Source: a virus
Virus record (IMG/VR): IMGVR_UViG_3300028902_000450
Strand: one strand, 5' to 3'
DNA: 52,754 nucleotides
Part shown: piece by piece, positions 23,050 to 30,426 of the stretch
How positions within the stretch are numbered: position 1 is the first letter of the stretch
Layout of the letters: each line of letters begins with the position of its first letter
Translations under genes and position numbers: made by a program
Notes under the pieces: generated by a model
Told to the model about the DNA's origin: nothing
Seen by the model: the letters and a program-made list of their open reading frames with translations, nothing else
The model's database searches: none

Positions 23050-24843
23050 CTATTTCGATTTTTTGTTGGTCGCGGCGTTCGTCGTCTTGGGGGCGGGTTT
23101 GACTTTGTCCTTTGCCTTTGCTTTCGACGCCGCTGATTCCGGCTTTGCTTTGCTCACGGGTGCGGAAGCGTCGGGTTCGGCTTGTGGCGTCTCATCGGGT
23201 TTCGGCGTTTCGTTCGTCGGCGTGGGTTTGTCCGCTTTCGGTTGAACCGTATCGCCGATGTGCATGGGCATCATCACATGGCGATAACGCGGCAGGGCGA
23301 TATAGCCCGGCGTGCTCGACGTTGTGACGCGCAGGGCGATGGGGTGCGCACCATTGTTGAACGCCGCCGCGCGCAGCGCATCGCTCAAGAAATCCGCGTT
23401 GAACGCAATCTCGAAATTTTCTTCGGGCTGCCACGCGGGGTCGAAGGTTGCGGGAATGATTTCGGCGACGTCGCCCGTGTCCGCGCTCGATGCGGCGACG
23501 AGCACATGGTCGGCTTTGACCGTGAGCCGCGCGCAGTGCGTTTCGCTGATGAGGTTCACGCGTTGCAGCGCCGCCAGCGCGGGTTCGACGGCGAGCGGGA
23601 GATACGGCAGCGACGGCACAGGGTTAGGAACGATTTGATTAAAGTCGGGGAAATTGCCGTCAATCAGATTCATGCGTAATCCGCCCGCGTTCGTTTCCAC
23701 CTGAACCATGCCGTATTCCAACACGCCTTTCTTGTCGAGTTGGAGATGAAAGAGGAACTGAATCGGTTTCGCCTCGTCGGTCGCGATTTTCAACGTTTCC
23801 GCGAACACTTTGGCGGGCACAATCAGACCGAGTGAATCGAGCGGTTGGTCAGCGTCGAAATGCAGGGTCACATCGCGTTCGAGCACCGCGAGCCGAAACC
23901 CATCGGCGCTGCTGAATTCAAGCGTCACGTTTTGCCCGGACGTGGCGGGGAATTTGCCAGAGACATAGACACCCTGCAAGACTGGGCGCGCATCGTCGGT
24001 TGCCACACACGGCACAATGCGCTTGACGATTTCGTTCACCGCCTCGTGCGTCATATCGGCACCGACGACGATAGATTTGCCGTTGAACGCGGTCGCGGGG
24101 GGAAACTCGCTGGCATCCAGAGACTTGAGCGACACATTCAAACGTCCCGCTTCGATGCGCGTGAGGTAGGTTTTGGCGTCGGTTGTGAGCGTGACCAACA
24201 CATCGTCGTTCACGCGCGCCAGCAAGTCGCCGAGCAAATGCGGCACGCACACTTTGCCTGGACGCAGCACTTTGGCTTGCGCGAGATGCCAAAGGGTGAA
24301 ATTCAAATCGGTTGCGGTAAAGCGCAGCGACTCGGCGTCGAGCGCTTCGATGAGGATGTGCGAGAGCACGGGAATGCTCGACCCTTTGCCGCGCGCCCGG
24401 TCCACGTTTTTGAGCGCGGCTTTCAGCGCGCCGGCGCGTATCACAATCTGTTGTCCCGTTTTTTCGGATGGGACCGATTCCGCTTGGACCGTGGGCGCGG
24501 GCTTGTCCGCAGACAAGTTCGCCGTGACATCCGCCGCGAGTTCGAGCGCGGCGTCAATTGCGGCTTGGTCGCGTGCGGCTTGTTCCATCTCCGCATTCTG
24601 GACGAGCAATTCCGCTTTGGCGGTGATGATTTGTTCTTCCGTTTGCGGCGTTGGTTTCGGCGTGATTTGTTTGCGCGCCGCGCGTTTGGCAGGCGCTTGC
24701 GGTTTCGGAGCGGGTGCGATGGGCGTTTGCGCTTTTGCGGTCTTGACGGATTTGGTCTTGACGACATTTGTCTTGGCGTTCGCGGATTTGGCTTGTATGG
24801 CTTTAGCGATGCGCGCGTTTTCTTTTTGCAGTTTGGTATTCAC
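23050..24843 (-). CDS. dnaN: DNA polymerase III beta sliding clamp homologue with Lys/Ala/Pro-rich N- and C-terminal extensions (597 aa)
   Basis: The core (IPVLSHILIEA..LRFTATDLNF...ASEFPP...DDARPVLQGVYV...EFSSADGFRLAV) is colinear with bacterial DnaN. The tails contain KTKSVKTAKAQTPIAPAPKPQAPAKRAARK and SKAKAKDKVKPAPKTTNAATNKKSK. GTG start after AGGAGACCCAAA. Confidence 0.8.
   Translation of the reverse strand: MNTKLQKENARIAKAIQAKSANAKTNVVKTKSVKTAKAQTPIAPAPKPQAPAKRAARKQITPKPTPQTEEQIITAKAELLVQNAEMEQAARDQAAIDAALELAADVTANLSADKPAPTVQAESVPSEKTGQQIVIRAGALKAALKNVDRARGKGSSIPVLSHILIEALDAESLRFTATDLNFTLWHLAQAKVLRPGKVCVPHLLGDLLARVNDDVLVTLTTDAKTYLTRIEAGRLNVSLKSLDASEFPPATAFNGKSIVVGADMTHEAVNEIVKRIVPCVATDDARPVLQGVYVSGKFPATSGQNVTLEFSSADGFRLAVLERDVTLHFDADQPLDSLGLIVPAKVFAETLKIATDEAKPIQFLFHLQLDKKGVLEYGMVQVETNAGGLRMNLIDGNFPDFNQIVPNPVPSLPYLPLAVEPALAALQRVNLISETHCARLTVKADHVLVAASSADTGDVAEIIPATFDPAWQPEENFEIAFNADFLSDALRAAAFNNGAHPIALRVTTSSTPGYIALPRYRHVMMPMHIGDTVQPKADKPTPTNETPKPDETPQAEPDASAPVSKAKPESAASKAKAKDKVKPAPKTTNAATNKKSK
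24502..24517. repeat. Dyad motif copy CTTGTCCGCAGACAAG
   Basis: In dnaN (minus strand), in frame as LSADK. Confidence 0.9.
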
Positions 24844-24928
24844 TTTGGGTCTCCTGAAAGAATTTTGGTCGAGACGTTGCTCGACAGGTTTGTCCGTTGA
24901 TTACAACGGGTTTGGTTGGGTGAGGTCG

Positions 24929-25150
24929 CTACTCTCGCTTGAGCGGTTCATCTCCTTTTGCCAAAGTCAACGGTTCGAGCACCAAGACGATGTTGCCATT
25001 GCGTTCCTCACGTGTGACACGGAGTTGGGTGTATGGTGCAAAGATTTGTGCAACCCATTTGCCGCGCAACCGAATGATTGCTTTTTCGGGGGGCAGCCAG
25101 GGCGCGCAGTTGCCCATGGGCTGGACGGTGATGGTCGGTCGGCGTCGCAT
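24929..25150 (-). CDS. SymE/AbrB-fold-like small protein (73 aa)
   Basis: IIRLRGKWVAQIFAPYTQLRVTREERNGNIVLVLEP resembles the SymE/SpoVT-AbrB pattern (L.G.WL...GF..G..V.V). Confidence 0.5.
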   Translation of the reverse strand: MRRRPTITVQPMGNCAPWLPPEKAIIRLRGKWVAQIFAPYTQLRVTREERNGNIVLVLEPLTLAKGDEPLKRE

Positions 25151-25162
25151 GATTGGATTTCC

Positions 25163-25381
25163 TTACGCGATGCGCTTGCACGCGAAGCGATTGCGAATGT
25201 TGCGATGAAAGTACGCGCCCTTGCTTTTGGCTTTGAGCCATCGCGCAAACGTCTGCACAGCGACGCCGCGATATTGATAAATGGAGTAGTTGCCGTTGCC
25301 GCGCTTGAATTCGACGGTGATGGTCTTGCGCTTGGGGTCGTAGCCAATTGCGTGAATGAATGAGGATGTAACAGGAATCAT
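25163..25381 (-). CDS. KTSC-domain protein (72 aa)
   Basis: SSFIHAIGYDPKRKTITVEFKRGNGNYSIYQYRGVAVQTFARWLKAKSKGAYFHRNIR matches the KTSC domain pattern. Confidence 0.7.
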   Translation of the reverse strand: MIPVTSSFIHAIGYDPKRKTITVEFKRGNGNYSIYQYRGVAVQTFARWLKAKSKGAYFHRNIRNRFACKRIA

Positions 25382-25412
25382 TTGTTGGGTCTCCTGATTT
25401 GCCTTGCGGAAA

Positions 25413-25444
25413 CAGGACTGCCGCCCACATGGGCGGCAGTCCTG
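25413..25444 (-). terminator. Hairpin terminator
   Basis: Perfect 14-bp stem CAGGACTGCCGCCC/GGGCGGCAGTCCTG with loop ACAT, then TTTCCG on the minus strand. Confidence 0.55.
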
Positions 25445-25451
25445 AGTCGTG

Positions 25452-25664
25452 CTAGTTGACCGTGAGGGTCAGAGTCAGACGTTCGGGCAGCTTGTTGCCA
25501 ACTGCCCACTTTTGGATGTAGAGGGTGCCGATTTTGGGCGGCATCCCTGCGTCGGTCACTTCGTCCAAGCGGTAGCAGTTCTTGGTCTCCGGCTTGTCGG
25601 CGTGCGGGACAAACGTCACGTGGACGCTTTCCGCTTTGGGTTGGGTTTTGGCGTTGGTCGCCAT
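25452..25664 (-). CDS. Hypothetical protein (70 aa)
   Basis: MATNAKTQPK... follows AAAAGGAGACCCAAGT. Confidence 0.55.
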   Translation of the reverse strand: MATNAKTQPKAESVHVTFVPHADKPETKNCYRLDEVTDAGMPPKIGTLYIQKWAVGNKLPERLTLTLTVN

Positions 25665-25729
25665 ACTTGGGTCTCCTTTTGCTGCGTTTCGCAGCGATTG
25701 AATTTTGGTGTGCGTTACTGCACAGTCCG

Positions 25730-25759
25730 ACTCTAGCACTCGCAATCTCCTGACGTCAA
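25730..25759 (-). promoter_or_regulatory. Promoter TTGACG-18-TAGAGT with TGC-extended -10 (leftward)
   Basis: The minus strand reads CTGTTGTATTGACGtcaggagattgcgagTGCTAGAGTC. A block of ~45 bp is shared with 28146-28188. Confidence 0.55.
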
Positions 25760-25816
25760 TACAACAGGTGTTCATCGGACAGATGTGCAGCAATCTCCAA
25801 AGCACTTGCAAAAGCA

Positions 25817-25845
25817 TTGACCCAACGCGCGGCGCGTGGTAAAAT
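25817..25845 (+). promoter_or_regulatory. Promoter TTGACC-17-TAAAAT with TG-extended -10 (rightward)
   Basis: Read directly. It is divergent from the 25730 promoter. Confidence 0.5.
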
Positions 25846-25950
25846 TTTTTGCGGTTGGGGGTGGGTCTCCTGACCATGCCCTTGCCCTGCCGGAACACCG
25901 ATGGGCAAGGGCAACGTGGATACAGAGAGTTCGGCTACTCTATGCAACGG

Positions 25951-25984
25951 AGCGCCGTGCGATATATTTCGCGCGGCGCTTTTT
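25951..25984 (+). terminator. Intrinsic terminator inside the leader of 26027-26227
   Basis: Stem AGCGCCGTGCG/CGCGCGGCGCT (one G-U) followed by a T-run. Confidence 0.55.
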
Positions 25985-26026
25985 CATTTCTCCCGCCACC
26001 GCGCGGCACGACACGGAGGAAATTAC

Positions 26027-26227
26027 ATGGCGACGGCAGCGCCACGCAAAACAAAGGCAGAAAGCGCAATTCACAAATTCAAGCGTTGGCTTTGGTCCAA
26101 GTTCATCGAGTGGGATTCGTTCGAAGAGATTTGCAGCGAGATTGGTTTCGGCGAAATTCGCATTGTCATTCACGACGGCGAAATGCGGGACCTGCACATT
26201 GATTTGCATACTCGCAAAGATAAATGA
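26027..26227 (+). CDS. Hypothetical protein (66 aa)
   Basis: MATAAPRKTK... follows ACGGAGGAAATTAC. Confidence 0.55.
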   Translation: MATAAPRKTKAESAIHKFKRWLWSKFIEWDSFEEICSEIGFGEIRIVIHDGEMRDLHIDLHTRKDK

Positions 26228-26257
26228 TTTTGCACAGCGAAATCACGCCTACTCGCA

Positions 26258-26293
26258 CAAAAGAGCGGCGACCAATTGGTCGCCGCTCTTTTG
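26258..26293. terminator. Bidirectional terminator
   Basis: Perfect 16-bp stem CAAAAGAGCGGCGACC/GGTCGCCGCTCTTTTG with loop AATT. Confidence 0.75.
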
Positions 26294-26303
26294 TTTCACT
26301 CCT

Positions 26304-27233
26304 TTATTGTTTTTTGCCTTTGGCTTTGTTCGGTGGAAATGCCATGCCGTAGCGCAGCATCGAATCGTACAACGTGCCGACAATCGGCGCTGCCACGTCG
26401 CGCAGGTGCGGGTCGTCGCTGGTGAGAAGCATTTGCAGGTACGCCGCGAACGATTCGCCGATACCGCCAACCTTTTTCATTTCGGGTAAGCGTTCGTCGA
26501 GCGGAAAACGCCGCGCGTAATTGGCGTTGCGAATGGCATTGCGTTCGTCCACCGCTTGTTGAATCGCCGAGTTGGGATTGGTGAAGGATGCGAGGTCAAA
26601 GAGCGTTTCATTGGCTTGCTCGGCGAGCAAATTGCCGCAGAGGATTTTGAATTCTTTGAGCACCGGCTTGGCGGTCCCGGTGAGATAGGCGAGCGCGATG
26701 CGCTGGCGGTTGGTGTCAAGCGGCGCCATCACTTCGCCGAAGGTATCGGTGATTTGTTTCGTGCGAATCAATTCTTGCACGTCAGGTATGAGATTGAGCA
26801 GCGATAAACGCGCGGCGACGTGCTTGGCGTTGCGGTTCGATTTCTCGGCGGTCTCGCTCACCGTCCAGCCGAATTTTTCCATCCGCTTTTTGTACGCCGT
26901 CGCTTCATCTATGGGGTCAATGTCGACGCGATGCACATTTTCCGAGAGCATGATGGCAGCGGCTTGTTCGTCGTTGTATTCGCGGATGATGGCGGGAATG
27001 GTTTGCCAACCGAGCGAACTCACGGCGCGGAATCGGCGTTCGCCCGCGACGATTTCAAATTGATAGGGTCCGTCCGTAAACGGACGGACAGTTATCGGCT
27101 GTGCGAGCCCGTTGGCTTGAATATCGGCGGCGAGCGCGTTCAGGGCATTCGCGTCGAAGACGGTGCGGTCGTTGTCGCCGGCGCGAATGACTTTCACCGG
27201 CACATTGTTTATTTGGTCGAGTTTCGTTTTCAT
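26304..27233 (-). CDS. parB: ParB/Spo0J-family protein (309 aa)
   Basis: ParB N-domain with IVAGERRFRAV and LSENVHRVDIDPIDEA, followed by an HTH region. The start follows AGGAGACCC. Confidence 0.8.
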   Translation of the reverse strand: MKTKLDQINNVPVKVIRAGDNDRTVFDANALNALAADIQANGLAQPITVRPFTDGPYQFEIVAGERRFRAVSSLGWQTIPAIIREYNDEQAAAIMLSENVHRVDIDPIDEATAYKKRMEKFGWTVSETAEKSNRNAKHVAARLSLLNLIPDVQELIRTKQITDTFGEVMAPLDTNRQRIALAYLTGTAKPVLKEFKILCGNLLAEQANETLFDLASFTNPNSAIQQAVDERNAIRNANYARRFPLDERLPEMKKVGGIGESFAAYLQMLLTSDDPHLRDVAAPIVGTLYDSMLRYGMAFPPNKAKGKKQ

Positions 27234-27275
27234 GGGTCTCCTGACATTTCGCCTTTGGAAATGAAACAACCTGCG

Positions 27276-27890
27276 CTATTCAAACAGCGCAGGTTGCGAT
27301 TGGTCGTCTTGAGAATTCTTTCCGGCTTTGCCCCAGTCGTCGCCGCGAATAAAGTCATGTATCCAGAATTCGCGTGCCCGTTCGACGTAGGGGTTTTCAA
27401 TGTCCGAGAGCGGTTCGAGTAAGCAGCCCTCGTCAAGCCAATGCTCGTAACTCCGTTCCATCTTGCGCCCGCGCCCGGTGTGTTTGTCGAGTGCATAGTC
27501 GGGAATGTCCAACCGTTTGCCGTGCCGCCGTTCCTGCTCGACGACCGTGTTGAATTCGTCGGCGATGCGAGATTTCGGCGACCGGCACATGGCGAGAATG
27601 GTTGTCGCCAGAATGAGTTTCGCCGAACCGTTGCCGTTGCGCGTCGAGCGAAATTCAAAAAACGCGGCGCGCTGCTGCGGCACGAGCAAAAGCAGCGCGA
27701 CATTCGCGATGCCAATGTCCTCGTTGACGATGACGACGAGGCGGCGCCAGAGATACGCTTCGTAAAGCGGCGTGAGTTCGAGCGCCCAGTAGTACGCGTG
27801 CGCTTCATTGCCGCGGCGAATTTCCTTTTGGAGCGCGCTGATTGCCTCCATCAGGTTGTAGCCGTTTTGGGTTTTGGCTTGGTATTGCAT
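27276..27890 (-). CDS. Stand-alone MgsA/RarA C-terminal-domain protein (204 aa, no AAA+ module)
   Basis: ISALQKEIRRGNEAHAYYWALEL...RRLVVIVNEDIGIAN...LATTILAMCRSPKSR...IPDYALDKHT is colinear with the AAA_assoc_2/MgsA_C region of RarA. Confidence 0.6.
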   Translation of the reverse strand: MQYQAKTQNGYNLMEAISALQKEIRRGNEAHAYYWALELTPLYEAYLWRRLVVIVNEDIGIANVALLLLVPQQRAAFFEFRSTRNGNGSAKLILATTILAMCRSPKSRIADEFNTVVEQERRHGKRLDIPDYALDKHTGRGRKMERSYEHWLDEGCLLEPLSDIENPYVERAREFWIHDFIRGDDWGKAGKNSQDDQSQPALFE

Positions 27891-27893
27891 GGT

Positions 27894-28103
27894 CTATTGC
27901 TCCTTCGCTTGAGGTTGGGGTTGTTGGTCCCGGGCGTAGACCCAGTGACAATCCATTTGCCCACAATGCGGGCAAGTGGCGAACTCGGTAAGACGCGCGG
28001 CGGCATTGCTGCCGAGTTCATATCCTTCGCGGTCATGGGACAAATCAAATTTGCCCTGACAGCGCTTGCACCGGGCGGGTGTTCCCGCTGAATAAGTCTG
28101 CAT
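27894..28103 (-). CDS. Zinc-ribbon protein (69 aa)
   Basis: CKRCQG...CPHCGQ. Confidence 0.55.
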   Translation of the reverse strand: MQTYSAGTPARCKRCQGKFDLSHDREGYELGSNAAARLTEFATCPHCGQMDCHWVYARDQQPQPQAKEQ

Positions 28104-28146
28104 GTATCTGCTCCTTGAGAGAATGGGATTTGGTCTTGCAGGTCTG

Positions 28147-28176
28147 ACTCTAGCACACGCGTTCTAGGAACGTCAA
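28147..28176 (-). promoter_or_regulatory. Promoter TTGACG-18-TAGAGT with extended -10 (leftward), paralogous to 25730-25759
   Basis: The minus strand reads CTGTTGTATTGACGttcctagaacgcgtgTGCTAGAGTC. Confidence 0.55.
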
Positions 28177-28218
28177 TACAACAGATGTTCAGCAAAAAGT
28201 TCCGAAAGAGAGAGAGAA

Positions 28219-29064
28219 ATGAATCAATTTCGCGACCGCATCATAGAGGTCAAAAAAGTAAAGTCACGGGAACTACTCGACAATGAGGGGAATTGGCGAT
28301 TGCATCCGGACGCGCAGCGTGAGACCATGACCGGCGTTTTGAATGAAGTCGGCAAAGCGGATGTGTTGCTCGCGTATTATTCCGCGCGCAACAACAATCA
28401 ATTGACGCTGTTTGATGGTCACTTGCGGAAAGCGTTGGATGCGGACGAAGAGTGGACCGTCGCCATCACCGATTTGAGCGACGCCGAAGCGGACAAGATG
28501 CTGCTGGTGCTCGACCCGCTCGCGGCGATGGCGGAAATGAATAAAGCGCGCCTGTTGGATTTAACAGACCGCGTCAACACAGATGATTTGATGGTGCGCG
28601 AGCTGCTACGCAAAATGGAACTCGAAGCGCAGCGCATCGGCGAAGAAGACGAGGACGGCGAAGGCGGCAAAAAAGAAAAGACCGGTCCCGCCGCGATGGA
28701 GTTGATGCCGTTCGAGCATTACGATTATGTGCTGCTCATGTTCAAGAATGAGTTGGATTGGTTGGCTGCCGTTGACACGCTCGGTCTGGAGCGACGCGCC
28801 GATTTGCGCAAGACGAACAAGATTGGCTTGTGTCGCGTTGTCAGCGGCAAACAAGTCATCGAGCGCATACAACAGTTGGAATTTCAGAACGCGAATTACG
28901 CGAATCAAACGAAACCCGCGAAAGAAGAACCAACGCATGAGAATAGTCATACCGAGCCGGAAACGCGCGGACACGATAGCGAACCGGACGCTGAAACTGT
29001 TTCCCGACGCCATCGTGACAGTGGACGAACGCGAGCGCGACGAGTACAGAAACGTCACGCCTAA
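28219..29064 (+). CDS. ParB-like N-terminal (nuclease/NTPase-type) domain protein without a methyltransferase module (281 aa)
   Basis: NWRLHPDAQRETMTGVLNEVGKADVLLAY...LFDGHLRKAL...LSDAEADKMLLVLD is the ParB-N type usually seen fused to phage DNA methylases. The 3' end overlaps the next gene by 128 nt. Confidence 0.6.
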   Translation: MNQFRDRIIEVKKVKSRELLDNEGNWRLHPDAQRETMTGVLNEVGKADVLLAYYSARNNNQLTLFDGHLRKALDADEEWTVAITDLSDAEADKMLLVLDPLAAMAEMNKARLLDLTDRVNTDDLMVRELLRKMELEAQRIGEEDEDGEGGKKEKTGPAAMELMPFEHYDYVLLMFKNELDWLAAVDTLGLERRADLRKTNKIGLCRVVSGKQVIERIQQLEFQNANYANQTKPAKEEPTHENSHTEPETRGHDSEPDAETVSRRHRDSGRTRARRVQKRHA

Positions 29065-29659
29065 TTTAGTTTTGCATCCACCGTTTGAATCTCTTGCGGA
29101 GATTTTGAATTGGATTGTGGACGCGTTCGACGATGAAACGCTCGTCGTCGCGGAGGACGACATCACGCGTTGCGTCTCGTTTGTTGGGAACAATGTGCGC
29201 GTGTTCCGCAATCCCGCCGAGGTACTCCAGATCGTCGAGAATTGCGCGGAAGCGGCGCGCGGCGCAGGCGCGCGGATGTTTGGATTCACCGATTCCGCAA
29301 ACCCAAAACATTTCAAACCACAAGACCCGCTCTCATTCGTTGCGAACCTCTACACGATTTACGGGTACGTGGGGAAGCAGGTGCGGAGTGACCCGAAACG
29401 CAGATTGTTCCGCGACATGGACACATCGCTGACTGAGTTGATGAACAATCGCATTGTGTACTGCGACACGCGTTTTCATTTTGAATCCGTCGCGCCGCTG
29501 CGACAAGGCGGCGGTAACGCAGTCAATCGGGCGCGCGAGGATTTAGCAGGCGCGATGGATTTCATGCAGCGCAAATGGGGTCATTACGTCCGCGCAGGCA
29601 AGAGCGGAGATTTGGTGTTGAATGTGGGGGGAATCAAACGCCGCCAAGCCAAAGTATGA
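28937..29659 (+). CDS. GT-A / nucleotide-diphospho-sugar-transferase-like protein, paralogue 1 (240 aa)
   Basis: N-terminal MRIVIPSRKR, a DxD-like VVAEDDI about 85 aa later, and conserved blocks shared with 29656-30426. Confidence 0.5.
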   Translation: MRIVIPSRKRADTIANRTLKLFPDAIVTVDERERDEYRNVTPNLVLHPPFESLAEILNWIVDAFDDETLVVAEDDITRCVSFVGNNVRVFRNPAEVLQIVENCAEAARGAGARMFGFTDSANPKHFKPQDPLSFVANLYTIYGYVGKQVRSDPKRRLFRDMDTSLTELMNNRIVYCDTRFHFESVAPLRQGGGNAVNRAREDLAGAMDFMQRKWGHYVRAGKSGDLVLNVGGIKRRQAKV

Positions 29660-30426
29660 ATCGAATGAACTCCATTCGCGTTATCATTCCAAGCAAAGGG
29701 CGTTCCAAGACCATCGCACAGTATTCGCTTGCGTTGTTTCCTCATGCCGTCGTGTCTGTTGACGAGCGCGAGGTAGACGATTACGCGCCGGTGATTGCAC
29801 AGGTCGCCCACAAGGGAGCGACCCTACTGCCCCACCCGCCGCTGCGCTATCTGCCGCAAATCCGCAACTGGCTGCTCGACAATGTCGCCGACGAATCGTT
29901 CGTCATGGTTGACGACGATGTGCGACGCGTGTACAGCAAAGTCGGCAAGGTCATCAAGCATTATCGCAAACCCAATGATGTGATGCAGATCATTGAGAAC
30001 GCGCACGAATGCGCGCGTGGAATTGGCGCGCGTTTGTTTGGGTTCACGCAGGACGGCGGCGTGTTTGGATTCAAACCAACCGACCCGCTGCGCTTCAACG
30101 GTTGGGTTGGAACCGTGTTCGGTGTCATCGGGCGCGGTATCCGCTATGACGAGCGAATCACCATCGGCAGCGAAGATATGGATTTGTCACTGCAACATTT
30201 GCAGGAGCATCGCATCATCTTTATTGACGAACGCTTTCACTTTGAATCGCCGAATCGTCTGCGCGCGTTGGGCGGCGTCTCGGTGAATCGTTCACTCGAG
30301 CGCGAGATGCAAGACAGTGAATTGATTCAAACGAAGTGGGGCAAGTTCATTGAGGTCTATTTCAAAGAGAGTGGAATTCGCGTCAAGAGCGTGCGAGTGC
30401 CGCGGCGACAGGCGAAAGTGAAGTGA
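29656..30426 (+). CDS. GT-A / nucleotide-diphospho-sugar-transferase-like protein, paralogue 2 (256 aa)
   Basis: IRVIIPSKGRSKTI, VMVDDDV, and shared blocks GARLFGFT, FKPTDPL, RFHFES, KWG, RRQAKV. ATGA coupling to paralogue 1. Confidence 0.5.
   Translation: MNRMNSIRVIIPSKGRSKTIAQYSLALFPHAVVSVDEREVDDYAPVIAQVAHKGATLLPHPPLRYLPQIRNWLLDNVADESFVMVDDDVRRVYSKVGKVIKHYRKPNDVMQIIENAHECARGIGARLFGFTQDGGVFGFKPTDPLRFNGWVGTVFGVIGRGIRYDERITIGSEDMDLSLQHLQEHRIIFIDERFHFESPNRLRALGGVSVNRSLEREMQDSELIQTKWGKFIEVYFKESGIRVKSVRVPRRQAKVK

Noticed and set aside
25836-26489. 217-aa plus-strand ORF
   Set aside because: It reads through two terminators and the antisense of parB. The real gene in this interval is the 66-aa ORF with a GGAGG RBS at 26027.
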